Shown here: piece by piece, positions 9,401 through 19,800 of the stretch | Layout of the letters: each line of letters opens with the position of its first letter | How positions within the stretch are numbered: position 1 is the stretch's first letter | Source: a bacterium | GTDB lineage: Bacteria; CG03 | Direction of reading: 5' to 3' | Length of the DNA: 35,621 nt | Assembly (NCBI GenBank): GCA_013791675.1 | Contig: VMTI01000114.1 | Span: 1-35,621, forward strand | The notes under the pieces: model-generated | Told to the model about the DNA's origin: nothing | Databases searched by the model: none | Seen by the model: only the letters and a program-made list of their open reading frames with translations | Translations under genes and position numbers: made by a program

Positions 9401-10962
9401 TGCAGTCACACAACTTTAGTATAATGTCGCCGACCGCAGGAAATAGAACGGACATTCCGTCTATCCTCCTGTCAAAGGCATACACCACGGACAGCGAGAA
9501 TACGATAATCCGCTGGGGGGAAATCCACCGCCTGAAAATGAGACTGCCGGAATTGCTTGACACAAGCGGAGATATAACACAAACACCGGACGCCAACCCC
9601 ATAATCCATTACCACCGCTTTATAACGGAGGACACCGGAGTGGAATACCTGCTCGTATTTACAAAAAAACACGTATACCGCTGGGTGCCGGCAACCAAAA
9701 TATACGACGCCGCCGACGTCTTCACCTGCGCCAGCGACTGCGAATATTGGAGCTCCGTCAGCTTCAACAATCAGGTCATACTCACAAACAACGTGGACAA
9801 GGTGCAGGTTTGGAGCATAAGCACGAGCTTCGACCCGCTCGACAGCGCCTCCGGCATAGAATATGCGACCGCGACATATCTGACAAAAGCAAAATATGTT
9901 TTCACATACGAAAATTACTTATTCCTCGGCTTTACCACAGAGAACGGAACAGTATTTCCGCAGAGGGTGCGTTGGTGCGACCTTGGAGATGAAACCGACT
10001 GGAACACAGGGGACGCCGGATCCGCCGAAGTAGGAAAGGGCGACTTCATCACAGGCTTCGGCGCATATCAGGGAAACCTCATAATCTTCAAAGAGCGGAG
10101 CTATTATCGAATGTGGCTCGTGGCAAGCACCGATATCTTCAATATGAGCCCGCTTTCACTCAAGGTTGGCTGTCAGTCACCGGACAGCATAATAAACGAC
10201 GCTTCGGGCGAACTATACTTCTTTGCCTCAAATTACACGTTTAGAGGGCTTTCTGCGGGCGAAATCTCACTTCCCATAGATACAGAGGCAAAAACCATCA
10301 ATCCCAGCTATATCGGCACAATACGGGGTCAATACATAGCGGAATACGACCAGCTATGGTGGGCAATACCCTATGGCACGGCAACAACCACAAATAACAA
10401 GGTTCTGACATATGCCACAGGAAAGTGGGGAACGGTGGACATGGCAATATCGGCTTTCGGGAATTACGCGCGGCAGGCCGTATATTCATGGGACACCCTG
10501 CCTTTCGCCACATGGGACACTTGGGCCTGGGATAAGTGGGACACCCGCGAAGCAATGGTCGGATTTGGTATAGACCTCGGCGCCGACTATTCCGGCTACA
10601 CTTACGCCCTGCATGAGGCGGTGCTTGACAACGGCGCGGCTTACAGCGGATATTTTGTGCTGACGACAGACCTCGCCGATAAGCAAATGCTGGTGATGAA
10701 TAAGCGCCTACTGCATATTCAGCTATATTTCAAAAAGGGCGCGGCAGGGCAGACCGCCACCGTATACGTAAAAAGCGACAGCCAGCCCGCCTGGCAGAAC
10801 GCCGGCGATGTTTCACTTGAAGCGACCGCAGATGAAGCAATAATTATAAAAGACCTGCCGATAGATTACCGCGGGAAGACATTCCTGATAAAAGTATCGG
10901 GCGCTAACGACTTCCGGTTTCTGGGCTGTATTCTGAAATTCAATTTGAGCGGGGAGAGATAG
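9400..10962 (+). CDS. tail hub/nozzle (P22 gp10-like stabilization protein)
   Basis: 520 aa beta-rich; RVRWCDLGD..DW, LIIFKERS, VGC.SP.SI motifs; synteny. Confidence 0.75.
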   Translation: MQSHNFSIMSPTAGNRTDIPSILLSKAYTTDSENTIIRWGEIHRLKMRLPELLDTSGDITQTPDANPIIHYHRFITEDTGVEYLLVFTKKHVYRWVPATKIYDAADVFTCASDCEYWSSVSFNNQVILTNNVDKVQVWSISTSFDPLDSASGIEYATATYLTKAKYVFTYENYLFLGFTTENGTVFPQRVRWCDLGDETDWNTGDAGSAEVGKGDFITGFGAYQGNLIIFKERSYYRMWLVASTDIFNMSPLSLKVGCQSPDSIINDASGELYFFASNYTFRGLSAGEISLPIDTEAKTINPSYIGTIRGQYIAEYDQLWWAIPYGTATTTNNKVLTYATGKWGTVDMAISAFGNYARQAVYSWDTLPFATWDTWAWDKWDTREAMVGFGIDLGADYSGYTYALHEAVLDNGAAYSGYFVLTTDLADKQMLVMNKRLLHIQLYFKKGAAGQTATVYVKSDSQPAWQNAGDVSLEATADEAIIIKDLPIDYRGKTFLIKVSGANDFRFLGCILKFNLSGER

Positions 10963-10963
10963 A

Positions 10964-11545
10964 ATGCGTCTTCCGAAAGATATCATCTTGCCTGACTTCT
11001 CAAAAGTCGAAACGCTTGAAGACACAATCAAAGCGCTTAAGCTGACATCTGAATCATTGGACAGTTATATCAAACTGCTCTACGGCGATATGATAAGGGT
11101 ATCTTCATCAGCTGACGGTGGAGGCACAGTTCAGTCAAATACAATGCGGTCGGCAGAAGGGTCGGGCAGTTCAAGTGTTACATCATGGCAACTGCGTTTG
11201 CCCGTTTCCGGCAGAGCGCCGAACTATTTCGGGAATGACGGCACAAAAGTAGCGTCAGCAGCATACCATTGCGTCATTGGATTAAAAGGCGACGGCACGA
11301 ATACAGTATCGGGGAAAATAAGGTTTAGCGGACAGAATGGAAACCCATACGACGGAACAGTCAGAACCAACGCCACCACAGACTGGGCGTATTGGTATGA
11401 TTCAGTAACCGTGCCTATAACAGAACTCTACCTTGACGGAGCGGACGGCGGCGCATATCAGTCAGGCGTGATGATTTCTGCCGACGGCGGAACAAATTAC
11501 TATTATAACGGATTCGCCGAACTAAGGATAAAATTAAATGCTTAA
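10964..11545 (+). CDS. hypothetical tail-associated protein
   Basis: Tightly packed after the tail hub; helical N-terminus and beta-rich C-terminus. Confidence 0.6.
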   Translation: MRLPKDIILPDFSKVETLEDTIKALKLTSESLDSYIKLLYGDMIRVSSSADGGGTVQSNTMRSAEGSGSSSVTSWQLRLPVSGRAPNYFGNDGTKVASAAYHCVIGLKGDGTNTVSGKIRFSGQNGNPYDGTVRTNATTDWAYWYDSVTVPITELYLDGADGGAYQSGVMISADGGTNYYYNGFAELRIKLNA

Positions 11546-11714
11546 AATCAATCTAACAATATCAACCGAGAAAGACGCCGGACAGGCGAAAGCTCATCTC
11601 TCCGACAACGGTATCTCGTGCGAAATTACGATAGAAGAAAATATAGTCTATGTGGAAAACTATACCGATAACGACAGAAATCGGATTATAGAATTATTGA
11701 AGGAGTATTTATGA
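11538..11714 (+). CDS. 58-aa protein with DUF2007-like pattern
   Basis: MLKINLTISTEKDAGQAKAHLSDNGISCEI...YVENYTDNDRNRIIELLKEYL*; overlaps both neighbours; missing from the ORF track. Confidence 0.55.
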   Translation: MLKINLTISTEKDAGQAKAHLSDNGISCEITIEENIVYVENYTDNDRNRIIELLKEYL

Positions 11715-12112
11715 GTGAACAAAAAGAAACAATTTTCCTGACGACAAAGACAGCGCACCTCATTGAGGTATGCAGAAAGCTGAAACTTTCAGAAGACAAA
11801 GAAATGAATGCCGGCATATTTCTAAAGTATATGCTTATCGGAATTTCCAGCAGGCAGACATTCGTCCTCGTAGCCCCGAAAGATGACAGCCCCGACAAAA
11901 TAAACGGATACGCCGTTATAACAATTATGAATAACCTCGAAAATAATCACATATGGATAGATTCAATGTGGACAGACGGAATGGATATCGAATTTATGAC
12001 AGTTATTGAAGATTTCGCGCGGACACTGGATATAACAAAAATTCACGCTAAAACGAAGAAGAACCTGAAGGGGTTTAAAGAATTATATAGAGTGGTTGAA
12101 AAACTGCTATAG
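11711..12112 (+). CDS. GNAT-like acetyltransferase fold protein
   Basis: FVLVA...INGYAVI...IWIDSMW...IEDFARTLDITKI pattern; GNAT genes commonly precede podovirus ejection genes. Confidence 0.55.
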   Translation: MSEQKETIFLTTKTAHLIEVCRKLKLSEDKEMNAGIFLKYMLIGISSRQTFVLVAPKDDSPDKINGYAVITIMNNLENNHIWIDSMWTDGMDIEFMTVIEDFARTLDITKIHAKTKKNLKGFKELYRVVEKLL

Positions 12113-12121
12113 GAGGATATT

Positions 12122-12946
12122 ATGGCATTTCCATGGTTAGCGGTAGCAATAGCAGCTTCGGCTTATGCAGGATACAAGGGACAGAAAAGTCTGGCGGACA
12201 AAATGAATCAGCCACAGGCGCTCCAAACCCCGGAACAGGAAGCCGCGGCAAAATACCTCTTGGCTTTGCTACAGGGTAATGCTCCCACAATTCCCACGGC
12301 AGGCGTCGCGGGAATGACCGGAGTAGAGGGAAGCGCGCAATCAATGCTCGAACAGTATATGGCCGCTCCCACTGGCACAGGATATCAAACAGGACTGTCA
12401 GAGCTTGAAAAGACGGTCGCTGGAGAAGCATACGACCCCTACACATCACCTTACTGGCAGGCATTAAGGGAAGGGTCAATGGCTGATGAAGAACAGGCAG
12501 TAGGCGGACTTCGCAGAGGCTCACAAATGGGCGGTATGTTTTATTCCGAGCCGTCCGGCCGGACAGAAGCAACACTCCGCTCGCAATATGGCACAGGCAG
12601 AATGCAAACGCTCGGCGGATTAGCCGAAACCGAAAGAGGACGGCAACTCGCGGCGATACCACAGCTTATGCAATACTCACAGCAGTCACCGGAACTTTAT
12701 AAAGCACAAATGGGGATGATGTATGGCGGACTACCCAGAGAGATTGAGCAGAACAAATTAAATGCTCTGTATCAGCAACAGTATGGGCAGACGATGTTAC
12801 CCATTGAAATAGCGGGAACATTAAAAGGCACTCCGTATTATTCAAGTAATCAGCAGCAGGGGCAAACGCCCTTCGCCTCGGGTATGGGCGCGGCAGGGCA
12901 GACCGCCACCATGATAGCGACGCTTAAGCAATTGGGACTGTTCTAA
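12122..12946 (+). CDS. DNA ejection/internal virion protein 1
   Basis: A/G/Q-rich, hydrophobic N-terminus MAFPWLAVAIAASAYAG, YDPYTSPY motif; AGGAGG RBS; position. Confidence 0.65.
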   Translation: MAFPWLAVAIAASAYAGYKGQKSLADKMNQPQALQTPEQEAAAKYLLALLQGNAPTIPTAGVAGMTGVEGSAQSMLEQYMAAPTGTGYQTGLSELEKTVAGEAYDPYTSPYWQALREGSMADEEQAVGGLRRGSQMGGMFYSEPSGRTEATLRSQYGTGRMQTLGGLAETERGRQLAAIPQLMQYSQQSPELYKAQMGMMYGGLPREIEQNKLNALYQQQYGQTMLPIEIAGTLKGTPYYSSNQQQGQTPFASGMGAAGQTATMIATLKQLGLF

Positions 12947-12955
12947 GGAGGAATA

Positions 12956-13801
12956 ATGCCAAATAGAAACATACAGCAAAGCCCGTGGAACCAGAATGTG
13001 CAGGCGGTGTCACAATTCCTTGAAACGCTGAACAACCTCAAAAAACAGCAATATGAAGGCGAACTGATGAAGCAATACGCTTCACAGGTCAGTCAGGAAA
13101 CCGACAAAAAGAAACTGCCCGAAATTATGAAACTCGTTGAGGGCGGAAATCTGACAGGCGCTCTTGAAATGGCTCTCCCTTCAATGGAGGCGCCCGCTAT
13201 TATGCAACAGAGGCAGGCGCCACAGACAGGCGGCTTTCTTTCACGGCTCGGCAATACCCTCAATCCCGTAGGCCAATATCGCGGCACCGGGCTGACACCA
13301 ACAGAGGCAACGATAACTGACGCTCGCGCCGGACAGACATCAAAGGCGCTGACACTGATAAGGAACATGCAGGCGCTGTTGGAAAGCCAAACTCCAAAAG
13401 CCGAAACAGAAGCGGCGCGCAAAAGACGAATGGCCGTTCAGGATATTGCCACATCACTGCAGAGGGGCTGGTGGAAGAATAAAAAGGGAGAAACGCTTGA
13501 TGTAACCAGCTCTGACCCGAATATGGTGATATCTGACATGGCAAGGGATTACGGCATTTCGGAAAGTGACCCCAGCGTTGTCGCTATCAAGAAGCAGATT
13601 AAAAATATAAAACCCGCACAGGCGAGAAAAGGAAAATGGAACCCGTTTGTCGAAAAGGCAGCGACACCATACGGAATAGAACTGAATAAATCGCAGAAGA
13701 CAACCTATAAATCGGCAAATGAAATAAAGAAGGCGTTTGCCGAAAATAAAATAACCGCTGTCGAGGCAAAGCAACAGTTGCTGAAATTCGGGTTCAAATA
13801 A
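12956..13801 (+). CDS. DNA ejection/internal virion protein 2
   Basis: Helical Q/A/K-rich 281 aa between ejection protein 1 and the giant gene; AAGGAGG RBS. Confidence 0.55.
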   Translation: MPNRNIQQSPWNQNVQAVSQFLETLNNLKKQQYEGELMKQYASQVSQETDKKKLPEIMKLVEGGNLTGALEMALPSMEAPAIMQQRQAPQTGGFLSRLGNTLNPVGQYRGTGLTPTEATITDARAGQTSKALTLIRNMQALLESQTPKAETEAARKRRMAVQDIATSLQRGWWKNKKGETLDVTSSDPNMVISDMARDYGISESDPSVVAIKKQIKNIKPAQARKGKWNPFVEKAATPYGIELNKSQKTTYKSANEIKKAFAENKITAVEAKQQLLKFGFK

Positions 13802-16800
13802 TGGCTCTATCAGCGGATGAATTCTTGGGAATAAAGCCGAAGCGAAAAGCGCAGTCGGCTGACGCATTCCTCGGTATCAAACCGTCCGCAGATGAATTCC
13901 TTGGAATACAGGAAGAACAGACCCCCAAACCATACGCCGGACTGACCCCGGAGCAAATCCAAGTGGAAAAGGAACGGCAACGGCAGGCCGGGACAATGCC
14001 GCAAACTCCGCAGGAACAATTTATACCCATGCCCGAAGGCGGCCCGCGCCGGGATGTATTCCAGCAACCGCCGCAAATACAACCGCCCATAGCGCAGGCG
14101 CCGGGAGCAATACAAATACCGCAGGCAATGCAAATGCCGACACCACAACAGCAGGGAATGCAAATGCCGTCAATGCCCGTGCCTCAACAAATGCAGCCAC
14201 AGCCCGGACCGCAAATGTTACCAGAGCAAGTGGAGCAATTAAGGCAGTCGGTACAGCCGGGGGAAATGGCAAAGATGATGTGGCAGGGCGCCGTAGAAGG
14301 CGGAGCGACCGCGGCTTCCGGTTTTACGGGTATCTACAAAGTGGGCGAACAAATAATCAAGGGCGAAGATTTGCTGACATCGATGCAGACCGCCACAGAC
14401 GCAATTCAAAAAGGACAAACTCTCGGAGATTTATTAAGAGAGGGATATGAGCCACAAACAAAAAGTGTATTCCAAAACTTTGTCGCTTACGCCGGACGAG
14501 ATTTGACAGCATGGGCTCTTGATACCATAACCAATCCCAAGGAACTCGCCGAACTTTATTTATGGTCGAAAGGTATAGGGATGATAAGGCGGGCAGGAGT
14601 AACCGGAGTAAATGCTATTGCGGAAAAATTCGTGGACAGCCCCGGAGTGCTCGGAAAACTATCCCGCGCGGGATTAGCGGAAAGAAAGCTCGCCGATGTA
14701 TTGCCGAAATATACCGAAGCCGACGCGGTGGCGATCAGGAAGTTTTTTTACAACGTGGACAATAAATTTGGTAGGGGCGCCGCAGATAGAGTATGGAGAA
14801 GTTTATACGAAAAAGGCAAGACATGGGAAAAATCCCGCGTGACGTCGTTAATACAAAAAATAAAGGGCGCTGGCGCAGAAAAGAGAACCGAACTATTGGC
14901 AAAGGAAATCTTGGGGCAGGTAAAAAAAGCACCTGTGCAAAGGGTATCAGAGGGAATAACAGGCGGAGAGGTAAAGGCGCGGCTCGGTCAATGGGGTGGC
15001 GGTGGAATCGGGAAAATCAAAACACCGAAGGGCGCCTCAACAGCCCTTGAGCAGATTGACGACCTGATAAAAACAAGGGCAAGTTTGCCGACAAAACCAA
15101 CGGCTGAAATGCCGAACCCTGACGCCGTGCTGAATGACATCACAGGCGCGATAAACAGCGCCGTAAAAGCCGCCGGAGAATACTTCAAAAGCGTGGGAGA
15201 AGAAGCATTCAGATATGCGTCCGGCGAAACCTTAAAAAACAAAATTATCGACCTCGTAAAGAAAAACCCCGAACTTAGGGAACATCTTGATATTCAGGTG
15301 CTTATGCCCGCCGCAGTATCTCCCGCAGCAAAGCCCGCAGAGGTTAAGCCCGCCATTGTATCAGAAGAAGCGCCCGAAGAAGAATACGTTGCCCCCACCG
15401 CCGAACAAGAGGAAACGGCGCGAATACTCGGCACGGCAGAGCTCACAAAAGAGGAAATCGCGCAGGGAAAGCAGGCAAGCGTAGGACGGCTGATATCCAG
15501 TATAGCCAAAACCGAACAGCGCGGCAATCCTTCAATATCATTTGCAGACCTCGTACAAGCCGGAAATATAGGAACCATGAAGGCCTATAAAAATTATATC
15601 CCCGGGGAAACGAAATTTTCAACATATGCCTACAAATCTATACGCTCCGCCATAAGAGAGGAAATAGCTCGGCAGAAAAACCTTATAACCTATCCACAGT
15701 CCGTGCGCCGAAAGCTCAATAGGGTATACAAAGCAATTTTTGAAATTCAACAGGACACCGGAATAGTTGATAGAATACCGCCAACATCGCGCATCGCCGC
15801 CAGAACCGGAATGCTAAATAAAGAAATAGATGAATTGCTCTCCACACAATTAACCCGCATGGAAAAACTTGAACAACAGGAAGAAGGGCAGAAAACGACC
15901 TATATTGAAACATTACCCGGCACAGAGGCGCGGCAGGTAGAAATAACCGAAATTAAAGACAGGGTTTCTCACCTGACGAAAGGACTATCCGAAAGAGAGC
16001 TCCAAATAATTGATTTAAAATATGGACTGACATCCGGCAGTACAATGAATGTGCGCGATATTGCCGATGAATTTAAAATATCAAAAACAAGAGTCGGTCA
16101 AATAATAGATATCGCCATAAGCAAGATGAAAGCCCGGGCCGGAATTACAACCGAAGCCACCGACGAACAAATAACAATGCTTTTCGAACATAAAAGGGCG
16201 CTAACGGAAACAGTGCAAACTGAACTCACCTTCGGAACTACGAAAAAAAGAGACGCCGGCGCGCTGGAAATGATTAAGAATATGGATCTGAACAAAGAGC
16301 GAGAGCAGGTAGTATTAAAGGAAATAAAAATCAAACATATAAAGACCGAGGGCTGGAAAATAACTGACGACAAAAGCGCCGTGAAATTCGTCAATCTTAT
16401 TCGCCACCCAGGGATAGAACATTTCACAATAATATACACGGACAAGACCGGGAAAATAATTACATACAAAGTATTCTCCAGCGGCGCCGTGGATTATGTG
16501 GATGTAAAAGAGCTATACCCGATACTCTCAAGGGATATGAAGGCCGACCCCAATATAGTAAACTTTTGGATAGGACATAACCATCCGTCCGGCAACCCTG
16601 AGGCCAGCACCAATGACAGAATTTTAATGAAAGCTCTGACAAAAATACCAAAATTCGCGGGACATATAATCACCGACCATAAGACATACACTTCTATCGG
16701 AAAAGACGGCTCCGAGCGTCTGAAACAGCAGACGCAAAAACTCGAAGACTGGAGTGGAGTAGAGAGCAGCATAAAATCAATAAACGATATTGCCAATTCA

Positions 16801-19800
16801 TTTATGGCGCTAACCAATAAAGACGCTAAAATGGCGGTGGCTATACTCACCACAAAACAGCAGAATACAATAGCCGCAGAGCTGATAAACGAAAAAGATT
16901 TATCAAAAGAAATGCTTGATAAATTGGAGAAAAAATACGGAGCCTCCAACATAACAATAGTATCGAATTTCAACATAAAAAATCCCGAAAGTGCCGGAAT
17001 TAAAAAAAGCAAGTGGGTGACTGAATACAACATTTACAACAGAGAGAAAAAGAAAATAACAGCAGAACTGGCCGAGCCCGCGTTCCGCGTAGCGGAAGAC
17101 GAAAAGGATAATCTCGGTGACTTCTCATATCTTCATACACCGGAAGAAACGGATATCCTGACTCCCACAAACGAGGAAATACAAAGGGAATGGGCTGGAA
17201 TAACCAGAGAGGCGCTGAATATTTGGAACAAAGAAAGAGAAACAAATTTTTTCTATATGATAGAACATGGCGAAAATCCATTCGGAGTAACAGGTTCGGA
17301 AGACCCGTCGTTACCGCCACCACAGAGAGCATGGATAGCCGATGGATTGGGCGGAGAATGGGACGCGTTGCCGGATTTCGTCAAAAAAAAGCTCAACCAG
17401 GCAGATATCCGATCCAAAGCATATAAGGCCACACACGCCGATACAGGCGGAACCGACAGATATACCGAGAGCATGGGGATAGATGATTTCAATACCGTGA
17501 TAGACGCCCTGCATAAAGTGAAACCCATAGGCAAACGCCCGACCGTTGCCGGCCCGGTAGATCATGACTTCATAAACCATTATTTTACATCGCCTGAAGG
17601 CCAGAAAGCATTGAGGGATAACAGGGAAGGCGGCATAACAAGCAAAGACGTCAAAGAAGAAATAGCGCGCATGGCAAGAATTATGATACAATGGGATGAG
17701 CAGGCCCCTATCATTCAACCCACTGGAAACAGCAAAGTGCCTGTCGCGGTGTACAGACGAACTGTCGAAAACACACAATTCAAGAAAGATAACTCGCCAA
17801 TGCAGTGGGCTGGCGCAAAAGACCAAATGCTTGGATATATCCTGAACATTCTCGGCCTGCCAAGCGAACTGAATAAAGTGACGGCCGCGGGACTTGAAAA
17901 ACTATCCCGCTTTGAATATGTCTATGACGTATTCGGGGGCTCGGGTTATATGACACTGCTTGCGCAAGAACTATTCAAGGACGCCGAAACAAACCTCAAC
18001 GAACTGGACGCCGACATGCAAAAGATATGGGCAACCATAAAAACCAACCCGGAAGGCGTAAAGGCGCGAATAGCCGAATTAAGCACGTGGATCCATATGC
18101 CCATGAAAAGTGTTCCTGTAGATTGGTGGAATCATCTCAAAGAGAAATTCGGCAAATATTATTGGGCGACCGATGAACTATGGACAGCCGCAACGATATT
18201 AAAAAACAACACAGGGCGTGACACTACAACAAAAATATCTCCAACCAAAGTCCACGAAATATGGAACTCCATAACCCCATACAGCCGGAAACTTAATAAA
18301 GCAAATATAGAACAAAGGGACGCCATAGAAATAATAGACGAAGCCCTAAAATTTCCACAGAACAAAGCGGAAAAAACTCTACTTATACTTGACCCTCCAT
18401 ATCTTTGGACATCAGGATACAAGCACGGCGCCAACTTCGAAAGACCCGCCGGATTTATGGAACTGCTCGATAAGCTGGAACAATTAAATAAAAAGGGAAT
18501 ATCCTTTATGTTTTTTAATTCAGAACCGGCGTCAGTATTCCCACGCGTCATATACGACTGGTCGCAATACCTGAAATTCGACGAAATGCAGCGGAGACTA
18601 AATGAACTCGCCGAAATGCCCGGTATGACAGTCCTTCGCATGGTGGCCCCGGCTGGCGTAGCCTCGTCTAAATTTGTTCCGAGAAAAGAAATAATCATCA
18701 CCAACCTTGAAACCGGAGGATATAAAGCAGGAAAGATAAAGAAACTCCCGTGGAGTAAAGTATCGGACTACATTAAGGTCACGAAAATCGGAATTGAACT
18801 GATAGGACAAGAAATAAAAGGCGCCCCCATAGAAAACCCCCTTACCACCAAACAAAAGAGAATGATCGCGGTATTGGCGAAAAACACTCCGTTCCAGTGG
18901 GAAGGCGATTACACTCACGAATTCCGGCAATTCGCCGAAAGGACAATTGGGAAAAAGCGCCTAACACTGATGACCGAAACCGAAGGCAAAGAACTCATCA
19001 GCGCCATTATGAAATACAAGAAAATAAACCGCGAGATAACCAACAGGACGCGAACAATGAATATGTCGCCGGCACTCTTGAAACAACAGATACACTCAAT
19101 ATTTCCCGACAAGCGCCGGATATCCGAACTTAACGACGAACAGCTCAAAATACTGAATGAATCGCTTACCCTATATGAACACACCGAAAGTGTCCCCATG
19201 CTTCATCTGATACGATACACTTCGGACTGGCTCGGCACATGGGCGGGCAGACAGAAAAGCCCAGCAGCAATGAACCTATACCACTCATTCAAAAGCCTTG
19301 AAGCCAACACAAAAGACGGCAGGGAATGGCGACTGAAACTGATACAGCAATTCAGAGAAGTATTCGAGGGAATGAACGCAAAACAGCGGGAAAAGATATT
19401 CAATTTTATGCACCGACCCAAAGGCACGACAATGGCTGAATTTATGGCAGAACGCGAAACCTATGGCCTGACAGACGCGGAAAAGAAAGCGGCCCTGCAG
19501 GCCCGCGAGCTATGGAACCGGCTATTCAAAGCCGCCGGCATGAAGGGGGAGAGATATTGGAAAGAATACCAGCCCCTCATCTTCCGCATGCTCAAAGACC
19601 CCGATACCGTAATAAAAGAATTCCGTCACCTTCCAAAAAAAGAGGTCGAGATGTTCTTCGAGAAACAGAGAATAGCCGAAGGCGACTTCATACTCGCCGG
19701 CGCCGAACAATTGACAGACCCCATAGAACTGTTTGAAATATATTCTGCGGGAGTGGTAAAAAAGAAATACATATGGCCGGCCGCGGCAAACGTGGAGAAA

